From the UHGV virus genome UHGV-1993760: DNA of 42,235 nucleotides. One strand, given 5' to 3'. Positions 9,734-18,556 of this stretch are shown here, piece by piece (position 1 is the first letter of the stretch; each line of letters starts with the position of its first letter). The DNA comes from a virus. The notes under the pieces were generated by a model. It was not told the origin of the DNA, did no database searches, and saw nothing but the letters and a program-made list of their open reading frames with translations. A program made the position numbers and the translations under genes.

Positions 9734-10640
9734 CGGTTGTCTCCACCTTGTTCAGTGTGACTGAGCGACACCACGGTGCCTGCCCCATCGCAGGAACGAT
9801 ATCACTGCCCGGAGAGGTCAGATTCACCGTAATCACCCCGGTCTGGTGAAGGGCACCATCCATACCAGAACGGGATGCCACCGAGCCAATCCGGTGGACG
9901 CTGTCAGTGTATGACTGCAGCGCCTTGCGGGCATTTGCCATAACCAGTTCACCATCCAGTCCGTAGGGAATATGAATATCCGCCACCACATCGTAGGGAA
10001 TAATTTCTGCCGTCCGGACACTGACAAAATCCGTCAGGGGACGGGTTTCATCATCACAAACTGATGCTGCCACCTTATCCAGCAGGGGGTGTGATGCAGT
10101 GCCATTTCCGGACCGGGATAACACATAAAGAAAAACCCGGCCTTCCTGCGAATGTGTTTCCGGCCCGTAAGCCTTCACATCCAGCACATCAGGATCAGCA
10201 CTTTGTGCAAAATAGTGATACGCATTTTTCGCGCCAGCGGTGCTGAGCCGTGCCCATGACAACTGGATACGTTCGCGAAAAGCGTCATCATCTTCATACA
10301 CCGCCGGCGTGGGCGGAATGGTGCTGTCGTCTGCCGGGGTAATAACCAGCCGCTGAACCTGATAATTCGCGCCAACCTGATCCAGATCGTTCCCACCGGC
10401 ACTGGCAAGCAGTACAGCACGGACAGCATCATTTATCTGCTGGCGCATCAGCGCCACCCGATAAGCCAGCGCCTCTGCCCATTTATACGCGGGATCAGAT
10501 TCCACCAGAGCCGAAAACAACGTATCCAGCTCCTGATACTTCGCCACTATCTGAGTGACCAGCACAGCGGTGTCCGGCACCTCCACCGCATCCGGTACTG
10601 GTATCGCGGACAGATCAATAATTGCCTGAGACGTTGCCAA
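9726..10640 (-). CDS. baseplate assembly protein J (P2 gpJ-like)
   Basis: 304 aa; conserved position after W; overlapping operon arrangement. Confidence 0.75.
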   Translation of the reverse strand: MATSQAIIDLSAIPVPDAVEVPDTAVLVTQIVAKYQELDTLFSALVESDPAYKWAEALAYRVALMRQQINDAVRAVLLASAGGNDLDQVGANYQVQRLVITPADDSTIPPTPAVYEDDDAFRERIQLSWARLSTAGAKNAYHYFAQSADPDVLDVKAYGPETHSQEGRVFLYVLSRSGNGTASHPLLDKVAASVCDDETRPLTDFVSVRTAEIIPYDVVADIHIPYGLDGELVMANARKALQSYTDSVHRIGSVASRSGMDGALHQTGVITVNLTSPGSDIVPAMGQAPWCRSVTLNKVETTDE

Positions 10641-10971
10641 TTTTTATCTCCTCGAGTCGAATCGTATCCTGAGTTTCGTTATTCACCCCGACAAGCGTCA
10701 GCCACGCGCTTCCTTCTCCTGTCCACGTCACTTCCACCCGCCGGAGAGTCAGGCGGGGTTCCCAGCGTTCAAGGGCGGTTACCGTTTCACGAACAATTCT
10801 CACCCGCGTGAAATCATCCTGTGGGTTATCAAGCAGACTGAAAAGTCTGCTGCCGTATTCCCTGAGCAGGACCCGGCTGCCGACCGGTGTTGACAAAATA
10901 TCGGTGACGGACTGGCGCAGATGTTCGTTACCGTGCAGATATCTGCCGGTGGCTGAATCAATACCAATCAT
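10615..10971 (-). CDS. baseplate protein W (gp25/GPW family)
   Basis: 118 aa; ...SVTDILSTPVGSRVLLREYGSRL... is a GPW/gp25-like pattern. Confidence 0.8.
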   Translation of the reverse strand: MIGIDSATGRYLHGNEHLRQSVTDILSTPVGSRVLLREYGSRLFSLLDNPQDDFTRVRIVRETVTALERWEPRLTLRRVEVTWTGEGSAWLTLVGVNNETQDTIRLEEIKIGNVSGNY

Positions 10972-11004
10972 GTTGTTTATTCCGGAAAAAGAACTGAAAG
11001 GAGA

Positions 11005-11628
11005 TTACATTTGCTGACCAGGCTGTCCGGTGCTGCCACCACTGTCGCCCCGGTGATTGTGACCGTTATAGACAATTCTGATTTGACTCATCGTTCCGTG
11101 ATAATCAGAAACCTCACCACCGACCATCAGATCCGCCTTAACCACCGCCTCAGCATTCATGGTTGCTTTACCCTGTACGGTCAGGGTATCTGTGATTTCT
11201 ACCGGACCGTCCAGGGTTCCCCTGCCGGTAATTTTATAGCTGCCGCCTTCAGCCAGCGTGATGGACAGGGCATTAGCCTGACGGTCGTAACGGATTTCCG
11301 TTCCGGTATCAAACAAAATAACATGTTCGTATTCACTGCCCTCAGGGACAGGAATGGCGTCAATATTAGCCCCCGGATACACCCGACCGTTACGCAGATC
11401 GCCTGCCTCCGATATCACTGTAACGGCATCTCCGGGAGCCGGGTAATTACTGACTTGCATGTAGCGCCCGGACTGTACCTGAATCCAGGGCAACGGAGGC
11501 GAAAGCACATCCCCGATATCCACCCGAACCATAACCGGGCTACCCGGGATCACCTCGTCCACCACGCCGCGACGGACCATGTCCGCCACCCTGCGGCGTA
11601 ACTCTGCCACTTCATCTGCCAGACTCAT
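11005..11628 (-). CDS. baseplate spike protein V (P2 gpV-like)
   Basis: Internal ATG at 11628-11626 preceded by GGAGG; MSLADEVAELRRRVADMV... The upstream 98 codons of track ORF 11005..11922 overlap the preceding gene and look spurious. Confidence 0.6.
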   Translation of the reverse strand: MSLADEVAELRRRVADMVRRGVVDEVIPGSPVMVRVDIGDVLSPPLPWIQVQSGRYMQVSNYPAPGDAVTVISEAGDLRNGRVYPGANIDAIPVPEGSEYEHVILFDTGTEIRYDRQANALSITLAEGGSYKITGRGTLDGPVEITDTLTVQGKATMNAEAVVKADLMVGGEVSDYHGTMSQIRIVYNGHNHRGDSGGSTGQPGQQM

Positions 11629-12178
11629 CACCGGTGCCCTCCGATTTCCAGATAAGACGATAATCCTGCTCATGTCTCTTGCCGGTTTCCGGTACTTTAC
11701 CCAGCCAGACTTCCTGTAACGGCGCACCTGCCGGAACCGCAAACGGATCTTCGCCGACCGGAATGTCCTGTTCGAAAGAGACACGGAAAACGATGTAGTC
11801 GTCCAGCAGCCGGTCGAAGGTATCCACCTCAGCATCGATAAAAACCGCCGGATCAACGTTATCCAGCCCGAACGTGGCTCCCTCAATCCAGTCAGATAAA
11901 TCCATCGCCAGACAACGGGCAAAAATCTGCGGTTTTGGCACGTTTTCCGTCTTCCCGGCCCGGTCTGTCACCACAAACAGATCACATTTCAGCGTGACCC
12001 GCGTTTGCCCGTCAGCAAAATGAGCCTTGTCCCAGCCCGGTACATCCACAAACACAGCAGGCGTCACCAGTTGCGTCACTTTTTCCGGGTACTCATCGGC
12101 ATCTTCCACCCAGGGAATTTGTTTCAGACTGTCAATCACCGCCTGATGCCAGGCGCCCATCATCAATGGCTCCATCAC
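11612..12178 (-). CDS. putative tail completion protein (P2 R/S position)
   Basis: 188 aa ORF between head completion genes and baseplate V; assignment by position only. Confidence 0.35.
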   Translation of the reverse strand: MMEPLMMGAWHQAVIDSLKQIPWVEDADEYPEKVTQLVTPAVFVDVPGWDKAHFADGQTRVTLKCDLFVVTDRAGKTENVPKPQIFARCLAMDLSDWIEGATFGLDNVDPAVFIDAEVDTFDRLLDDYIVFRVSFEQDIPVGEDPFAVPAGAPLQEVWLGKVPETGKRHEQDYRLIWKSEGTGDESGR

Positions 12179-12897
12179 TCCAGCCCCTTAAATACCCGGA
12201 ATTTCAGTTCATGCTCAAAATTTTTCAGGATCAGTGCTTCCGCATCCGGAAAAACAAAATCCTCTATACGGTTCAGCATGGCTTCATAAATATCAATTTC
12301 CGCTTCACGCACCCTCCGTCGTCCGGATGCCTGTCGGATCAGTATCGTTTTCCTTTTTGATATACGTCCGTTACGATTTTCCGCTTCGAACTGATTGATA
12401 AAGGCATCATCCGTTGACCAAGTGGTGACAGGCAGGGATTCCCCTGCAGGTTTAAAACGGATCTCCCGTGCCTTCCTGCGGCGGGAAGCTGGTGCAAAAC
12501 GCCCCCGCTCATCGCGCAACTGATGGCGTTCGCCGCGTCGCCCCCCACTGATGCGTCCGCGCAGATCGCGTACTTTGATGGCATTCAGACCGAACCATAC
12601 CTTCGCCTCATCAAACTCATCACCGTTACGACGAATGATAAAATTATGCAGAACACGCTTTTTGATCATTTTCTGACTGCGTGGGGCAACCTGTTTTTTA
12701 AACTCTGCCATAGCCTTCATCCGCAGTGCAGACGCGGCTCTTTTCAGCGCCACGCCCCAGGCTTTACGGATCTGACTTTTTGACCCACCCAGTTTAGCGA
12801 TAATTTTCAGCACCTCATCTTCATCAATATCGACGACGAGGTTTCGTGCCAGCCGTCGCTGCCGGGCACTGCTTCGTTCATGCTCTCTGACTGCCAT
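12175..12897 (-). CDS. putative virion morphogenesis / tail completion protein
   Basis: Arg/Lys-rich ORF; likely start at ATG 12897 (MAVREHER...), since the longer track start overlaps FII; function assigned by position. Confidence 0.35.
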   Translation of the reverse strand: MAVREHERSSARQRRLARNLVVDIDEDEVLKIIAKLGGSKSQIRKAWGVALKRAASALRMKAMAEFKKQVAPRSQKMIKKRVLHNFIIRRNGDEFDEAKVWFGLNAIKVRDLRGRISGGRRGERHQLRDERGRFAPASRRRKAREIRFKPAGESLPVTTWSTDDAFINQFEAENRNGRISKRKTILIRQASGRRRVREAEIDIYEAMLNRIEDFVFPDAEALILKNFEHELKFRVFKGLE

Positions 12898-13285
12898 AAC
12901 GTTTACTCGGTCGTTCCGGTGCAGCAGGTGTATTTCTCCCCGGCTCTCCACGCGCAAGGGTGATGGTAATCACCCCCTGACCCACAGTGCCTGACTCACC
13001 CCAGCCGGGATCGACTACCTGATAGGGTTCGCCGTGGATCATGACCCTGTCATATTTTTTCAGACCGGCGGCCCATGCGCTCCGGGTAAATAACACGGGC
13101 GCAGTATCACGAATTTCGCCGCTGCCAGTGTTCATCCCGGTGTTTTCTGCCGGGGCATCAAAAACGGCACGGATTCTTCTTTCCGTGCCGTCCGGATATA
13201 TGCTGATTTCCGTCCCCATCGTATCCAGGATGATGTCATCCGCATCGCTCATGGCCTGATCGAACAGATTATCTAACATCATCAC
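12878..13285 (-). CDS. head completion protein (lambda FII-like)
   Basis: 135 aa; MMMLDNLFDQAMSDADDII... resembles lambda FII as recalled; ATGA overlap with FI stop. Confidence 0.7.
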   Translation of the reverse strand: MMMLDNLFDQAMSDADDIILDTMGTEISIYPDGTERRIRAVFDAPAENTGMNTGSGEIRDTAPVLFTRSAWAAGLKKYDRVMIHGEPYQVVDPGWGESGTVGQGVITITLARGEPGRNTPAAPERPSKRYGSQRA

Positions 13286-13647
13286 TCCCGGATTTTTTCT
13301 GCCAGACCGTCCGCCAGCAACGCTGGAACTGCGGCTTCATTAACCAGCACAACACTGGAGGCCCGGGCAAACATCAACATTTTTCCCGTCACAGCATCAC
13401 AGGCTGGCATATGCGCCGTTTTCAGCATACGCACCCGGGCGAGTCCCCGCTCAGAATGCATTCCGTCGCCGGATGCATCGTTGCCCACCTCTTCCTTCCC
13501 TGTCTCCTCCCCATCGAATCCGGCGGCCTCCTCTTCCCATTCCGCCAGGCGCTGCTCAAGATCGGCTTTTGAACCTGAAATATCTGCTTCACGCCCCAGA
13601 ATCACTGCCAGTTCCTGCAAACGTTCAGTCATCTGCTCTTTTGTCAT
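13282..13647 (-). CDS. DNA packaging protein FI (lambda FI-like)
   Basis: Internal ATG at 13647 with GGGAGA 6 nt upstream; MTKEQMTERLQELAV... resembles lambda FI; C-terminal ...ERGLARV... motif. Confidence 0.65.
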   Translation of the reverse strand: MTKEQMTERLQELAVILGREADISGSKADLEQRLAEWEEEAAGFDGEETGKEEVGNDASGDGMHSERGLARVRMLKTAHMPACDAVTGKMLMFARASSVVLVNEAAVPALLADGLAEKIRE

Positions 13648-13697
13648 CACATCTCTCCCGTGCGCTAAAGAAAAAGGCGGGAATATCCCGCCTGACC

Positions 13698-14726
13698 TTA
13701 TTTCACCTGAACCACCACAAACGCATCCGGATCCGGCAGCACCATCAACGGCGCAGACTGCGTCATGGTATACTCGCACCCCGGGTCCCCCACCTCTAAC
13801 CAGTGTTTCGGATAACGAATCGCAGAGGTGATCCCTTCACTCAGTGCCTGATTATCCTGAATGGCACCATAACAACGGACGCCTTCCGCCTGAGTGTTCC
13901 CCAGAATCAGTGTGCCTTCCGGCAGATAACGCTGTTCATCCCCGTTTTCATCGACGTAAGCGGTTTTCGCCACCACAATAGCCAGATCACCGTAATAACC
14001 CTTAAAAGAGACTACGGAGCCCAGGTCTTTCAGCGCGGTTTCCAGTTCCGATTTTGAACCACGACGGGTATCCAGTTTTTCACGGAAAAGCTTAAAGCCA
14101 TTCAGCATACGCCAGACCGTGCCATCCATAATCGCGATATTGATGGTCCCGGAGGCAAAATCGCAGTACGCATCCAGATCGTGCGTTGGATCAAAGGTGT
14201 CAGCATTCTGCTGTGACCATCTGTTGCCGCCAGCCTGAGTAATGTTATTGGTGGCAGAGCGCCCAAAATCCACTTCCACCGTCTCAAACTGTTCCCCGCT
14301 CATGGTGTACTTACCCTGCAGAACGGCACTGACCGCCTGCATTTCTTCCACCTGCACAATCGCCTGCTCTTCCTGCTTCAGGTTGTCCGTCAGAATACGC
14401 AGGCGGCGGTAGGCCGGGTCATTAAGACGGGCCGGATCTTCCCCCGGAAGACGTTCCACTGCCTGCTGATAATCAAAGCGGTGTTTGGGTTTTACATAAC
14501 CGGGACGTAACACGCGGGTTTCACCACCACGGCTGCGCAGCACTTTGCCTGACACCACCGGAGACACATACGCCGCAACCGGTGTTTTGCCGGTAATTTT
14601 ATCCAGCATGACTTCCTGAGTATGGAAAGTGATCGTGCGACGAAAGAACAGCTCCAGAAACAGCGCACGAAATTTCACTTTCTGCTCGGTGTACCCGAGT
14701 AACTGACGCGTGGTAAATAACCCCAT
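13698..14726 (-). CDS. major capsid protein (lambda gpE-like)
   Basis: 342 aa; ...KFRALFLELFFRR..., ...PGYVKPKH..., ...EEMQAVSAVLQGKYTMSGE..., ...DTRRGSKSELETA... match recalled lambda E. Confidence 0.9.
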   Translation of the reverse strand: MGLFTTRQLLGYTEQKVKFRALFLELFFRRTITFHTQEVMLDKITGKTPVAAYVSPVVSGKVLRSRGGETRVLRPGYVKPKHRFDYQQAVERLPGEDPARLNDPAYRRLRILTDNLKQEEQAIVQVEEMQAVSAVLQGKYTMSGEQFETVEVDFGRSATNNITQAGGNRWSQQNADTFDPTHDLDAYCDFASGTINIAIMDGTVWRMLNGFKLFREKLDTRRGSKSELETALKDLGSVVSFKGYYGDLAIVVAKTAYVDENGDEQRYLPEGTLILGNTQAEGVRCYGAIQDNQALSEGITSAIRYPKHWLEVGDPGCEYTMTQSAPLMVLPDPDAFVVVQVK

Positions 14727-14795
14727 AATTTATTTTCCTTCAGAAACACAAACGGGCCGCATCGCGACCCGTTTTTTCAGTCAATCACTTCACCA

Positions 14796-15131
14796 TCAGG
14801 CGTGGCTGATGGCACTTCCCACAAATGCGTTGGCTTTTTTCACCGCATCCACAGAGTCAGGCCAGACCAGCGACTCAGTGGCAAACGTACCGCTTTTGTA
14901 GTACGTCAGCGTGGGTTCTGTTCCGGTAAGCGCCAGAGCCAGCACCCCCACTGCCGTTCCGGCTTTCTGACCATCCCATGCCACCAGTTTACCGGTGGCG
15001 TCATCCAGCATCAGTGGCGTCAGTGCAGGCGTGGCAGCACTGATACCACTGGTGGCTGTTGCGGTATGCGCCGGATCGCTTCCGGCAAAAATGTGCACAT
15101 CCGCGCGCTTTTCCGTGGTGGTTTTAATCAT
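14796..15131 (-). CDS. head decoration protein (lambda gpD-like)
   Basis: 111 aa; ...SDPAHTATA...[18 protein letters not shown]...YYKSGTF... closely matches recalled lambda D. Confidence 0.9.
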   Translation of the reverse strand: MIKTTTEKRADVHIFAGSDPAHTATATSGISAATPALTPLMLDDATGKLVAWDGQKAGTAVGVLALALTGTEPTLTYYKSGTFATESLVWPDSVDAVKKANAFVGSAISHA

Positions 15132-15169
15132 TTTTCAGTCTCCTGATTTATCTGAATTCCGGATATCGC

Positions 15170-16786
15170 TTACGGCATACTCATCAGCAGGTCTTCCTCC
15201 CCGCGCCCGGCAGTTCCGCCACCGGAAACCGCACTGGCAACATGCTGTGCCATAAAGCGATCAAAAAGTGTTTCCTGTGACGGTTGCGATGCCGTCGGCG
15301 CGGCTGCCAGCAGCGTTTTCGCCTGCGCCACCGTCATTCCAGGTTGTTCTGTCAGTGCCTGTGCAAGTTGCTCACGCCCTTTCGCCTCCGGCAGCGCCAT
15401 AATCTGATCGCCGACACTTGCAGACCCCGCAACCGGTGCCGCCGCCAGTAACGTTTTGGCCTGGTCAACGGTCATTCCCGGCTGTTCAGCCAGCGCCTGC
15501 GCGAGTTGTTCACGCCCTTTTGCTTCCGGCAGCGCCATAATCTGATCGCCTGTGCCTGCAGCACCGGCAGCAGGGGCTGCCGCCAGAAACGCTTTCGCCT
15601 GCGCCACCGTCATCCCCGGCTGACCTGCCAGCATCTGTGCCAGTTGCTCACGCCCTTTTGCTTCCGGCAGCGCCATAATCTGATCACCCGTGCTGTCAGT
15701 ACCGGCAACCGGCGCAGCAGCCAGCAACGTTTTCGCCTGCTCAACCGTCATTCCAGGCTGACCTGCCAGCATTTGCGCCAGTTGCTCGCGCCCTTTCGCC
15801 TCCTGACAATTCAGGATCCCCATCACGCGCTGATTTTCCTGGGCCACCGCTTCAGCAACGGTGAGATTTTTAACAGTCATTGCATTCTCCTTCGTAACAG
15901 AGTCATTCAGTGCAGAAACCATCACTTCAACGGCATCTGCAGCATTAATCAGTTGATCAGCCAGACCTGCATCAATGCCTGCCTGACCGTCATAAACGGC
16001 AGCCTCGGTATTCATCACCGCCTCTGAACTCAGCCCCGTATAAAGCGCCACCTTGTCGACAAACATCCGGCGGGCCTCATCAATACGGCGCTGAAAATCT
16101 GCACGCACACCTGCCGGCAATGCCTGAATACTGTTGCCGTCAACCTTGTGCTGCCCGGAGTAAATCAGCGTGATGTCCACCCCTTCCTGTGCCAGTTGTT
16201 TCTCGTAACTGGCGTGCGCCATCATCACGCCAATCGAACCAATTTTTGCCGTCTGCGTGACCAGCCGACGGGTACAGGCTGCCGCCAGCAACATGGCGGC
16301 TGAACAGGCCATGTCATTACACAGCGCCCACACGGGCTTCTGTTCCCGCAGACGGTAAATCATGTCAGCACAGTCAAACGCCCCGGCAGCCTGACCGCCC
16401 GGGCTGTCGATATCCAGCAAAATGCCGCGCACATCCGGATCATTCACCGCCATCTGAAGGCGGGCCGTCAGGCCGTCATAGCCAGTCATGCCGGAGTAAG
16501 GCCGCAGGGTACCCAGTTTATGCACCAGCGTGCCGCTCACCGGCAGAATGGCGATGCCATTCTTCACCTGGTAACTCTTTGCCGGACGCTGACCGCCCAC
16601 CATATAGTCAGTCACAGCCAGTTGCATTCCATCAGCATCAAGCTGAACAGCCTGCTGAGGAACGGCAAGGCTGCCGGCCCCTATCTCTTTACCCAGCGCG
16701 CAAAAGAAAACCCGCGCATAGGCGGGTTCCAGTAAAAGCGGTTCATTAAATGCCATGGCGGCAATATGCGATAAATTACGACGCAT
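15170..16786 (-). CDS. prohead protease / scaffold fusion (lambda C-Nu3-like, S49 peptidase family) with C-terminal tandem repeats
   Basis: 538 aa; N-terminal half has an SppA/S49-like pattern; C-terminal third is four tandem copies of a 46-aa unit (ALPEAKGREQLAQ.L..QPGMTV.QAK..LAAAP...). Confidence 0.8.
   Translation of the reverse strand: MRRNLSHIAAMAFNEPLLLEPAYARVFFCALGKEIGAGSLAVPQQAVQLDADGMQLAVTDYMVGGQRPAKSYQVKNGIAILPVSGTLVHKLGTLRPYSGMTGYDGLTARLQMAVNDPDVRGILLDIDSPGGQAAGAFDCADMIYRLREQKPVWALCNDMACSAAMLLAAACTRRLVTQTAKIGSIGVMMAHASYEKQLAQEGVDITLIYSGQHKVDGNSIQALPAGVRADFQRRIDEARRMFVDKVALYTGLSSEAVMNTEAAVYDGQAGIDAGLADQLINAADAVEVMVSALNDSVTKENAMTVKNLTVAEAVAQENQRVMGILNCQEAKGREQLAQMLAGQPGMTVEQAKTLLAAAPVAGTDSTGDQIMALPEAKGREQLAQMLAGQPGMTVAQAKAFLAAAPAAGAAGTGDQIMALPEAKGREQLAQALAEQPGMTVDQAKTLLAAAPVAGSASVGDQIMALPEAKGREQLAQALTEQPGMTVAQAKTLLAAAPTASQPSQETLFDRFMAQHVASAVSGGGTAGRGEEDLLMSMP
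15251..15811. repeat. four tandem copies of a 138-bp in-frame coding repeat inside the protease/scaffold gene
   Basis: ggcagcgccataatctgatc recurs at a 138-bp period (about 15390, 15528, 15666); the encoded 46-aa units are near-identical. Confidence 0.85.
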
Positions 16787-18347
16787 CGCCTTTTTCTCCC
16801 GTTGTCTGTCGGATCTGCTGCTGAAACGTGTCCTTTATCCAGATGGGGCGGGGAAGACCAGCCGCCTGTCGCTCCTGGCTTTCACGCAGTTGCTGGCGGA
16901 AAATCTCCTGATAGTCATCGCCCATCAGGGCCAGCTCTTTCTCGTACGTGCTCAGGCCACCTTCAATACGCATCACCGCTTCCTGCACTTCCTTAAGGCC
17001 ATCAATCGCCATGCGACCGGCACCAATCCACTCGGCACGACACCATCCGGAACGGGCCTCCCAGAATGAAAAACGGGATTTCGGCGGGCGGATCACACCG
17101 CGAATAAGAGCTTCCTCCAGCCAGCAGGCAAACATCTGTGATGCCAGCCGGCTGGCCACAAATTTTCGTTTGCCCATAAAATACCGCCACGACTCATTGG
17201 CGGATGCCCTGGCACTGGAATAACTGACCTGTGAATAATCACGGGAAAGCTGTTCATAGGACACCCCCAGTCCGGCAGCGATGTAACGTAACAGCGCCTT
17301 TTCCAGTTCAGAGAAACCATTATCTGCATTCTGCGCTGTCTGCAGATTCAGTGAATCCCCCGGATAAAGATGCGGAATACGGACCCCGCCCAGCTTTACC
17401 GTATTGGTGGCGTAATAACGCGCGTAGCCTTTCATGATGGTGTTCAGGGGATTTTTACCGCCATCTCCCACCCCGGCGATATATTCAAATGCTTTTTCCG
17501 AATCCAGCGTGGATTCAATCGTCGCGGCATACATCGCCCGCACCACCGCCGACTGCAGTTGCGTGGCCTGCAGTGTGTCGAGCATCTTGAGACGCTCCAT
17601 GACAGAATAAAACTGGTTGGCCCCGCGCGTCTGCCCGTCCTCCTGCGGCTGAAACACATGGATCATTCCCGGTCGCCCGGAGGGCAGCGTCGCCGCAATC
17701 CGCGTCCAGTTGCTGACACCGTAACCGGGCCAGTCATCGTCCTGAACATGGTAGGCCAGTGCTTTTCCGTACCGGTTGATTTCCACCCCGGCACGCATAA
17801 AACGATCGCCGGTACCATAACCGGGTGTACTGACACGTTTCGGGCTGATGGTCTTGAATTTCGTCCGGAATAATGACGTGGATTCCGTATCCCATACGGG
17901 CTGGACAAAAATTTCACCGTTAAATGTATGAACGCCCACCCCTTCACGAATAAATTCGGTAAACGAGCGACGCCCCTCCACATCCATCGAACCAAACACC
18001 GGATCGCAGAATTCCATCCACGCTGCCTCAACATCTTCAATAAAGACATGTGAATCGGCTTCCGACATCCCCAGCCAGCGCCAGTTGGGCCGGTAACTCA
18101 GACGAAACATGTGTCCGACGATATGGTCTTTATGAATTTCAACGGCGTTTGCGGCAATACCGTTATTGCGGACCAGATCATCCGCACGGGCGTTACCCAG
18201 CTGAATGGAAGGTAAGAGCGCCACGTCGGCACTTTCCGGTGCAGGCAGCCATTCCGCAAGCTGCCCGCCAAATCCGGTACCCCCTCCGGAATACCCCATA
18301 CTCTGCCGCAGTGGCTGCCCGTGAAGATCCACCAGTTCCCCGTTCAC
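16776..18347 (-). CDS. portal protein (lambda gpB-like)
   Basis: 523 aa; ...GGGTGFGGQL..., ...GNARADDLVRNNG..., ...DGQTRGANQFYSVMERLKMLDTLQ..., ...MAIDGLKEVQEAVM... match recalled lambda B. Confidence 0.9.
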   Translation of the reverse strand: MNGELVDLHGQPLRQSMGYSGGGTGFGGQLAEWLPAPESADVALLPSIQLGNARADDLVRNNGIAANAVEIHKDHIVGHMFRLSYRPNWRWLGMSEADSHVFIEDVEAAWMEFCDPVFGSMDVEGRRSFTEFIREGVGVHTFNGEIFVQPVWDTESTSLFRTKFKTISPKRVSTPGYGTGDRFMRAGVEINRYGKALAYHVQDDDWPGYGVSNWTRIAATLPSGRPGMIHVFQPQEDGQTRGANQFYSVMERLKMLDTLQATQLQSAVVRAMYAATIESTLDSEKAFEYIAGVGDGGKNPLNTIMKGYARYYATNTVKLGGVRIPHLYPGDSLNLQTAQNADNGFSELEKALLRYIAAGLGVSYEQLSRDYSQVSYSSARASANESWRYFMGKRKFVASRLASQMFACWLEEALIRGVIRPPKSRFSFWEARSGWCRAEWIGAGRMAIDGLKEVQEAVMRIEGGLSTYEKELALMGDDYQEIFRQQLRESQERQAAGLPRPIWIKDTFQQQIRQTTGEKGDAS

Positions 18348-18553
18348 AGCCCCACTCCTGCCGGGCCGCGACGCCGTCCGGATACACCCAGCGCACTTTC
18401 CAGCTCTTCAATATACTGACGCAGTTCACCAATCGTCGCCCGCGAATACTGAACCTGACGCCCGTCCTTGCTGACGGAAACCACAGCACGTCCGATCATC
18501 AGTTCATGTAATGCCCGGCGGGCATCACAAAGCATTTCATGCGTATAAACCAT
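18344..18553 (-). CDS. head-tail joining protein (lambda gpW-like)
   Basis: 69 aa; ...ARRALHELM...SKDGRQV...YIEELE...RRRGPAG... matches recalled lambda W. Confidence 0.85.
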   Translation of the reverse strand: MVYTHEMLCDARRALHELMIGRAVVSVSKDGRQVQYSRATIGELRQYIEELESALGVSGRRRGPAGVGL

Positions 18554-18556
18554 TCT

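Noticed and set aside
11629-11922. N-terminal 98 codons of track ORF 11005..11922
   Set aside because: Overlaps the upstream gene in another frame and is Arg/Trp-rich; internal ATG at 11628 with an RBS gives a gpV-sized product.
13648-13779. N-terminal extension of the FI ORF and N-terminal 20 codons of ORF 12175..12957
   Set aside because: Extensions overlap upstream genes; internal starts with RBS give products of the expected size and sequence.
15506-16027. Plus-strand ORF 15506..16027 and the idea that the 138-bp tandem array is a CRISPR or satellite
   Set aside because: The repeats are in frame within the protease/scaffold gene and encode a repeated peptide; there are no unique spacers; the plus-strand ORF is their antisense shadow.
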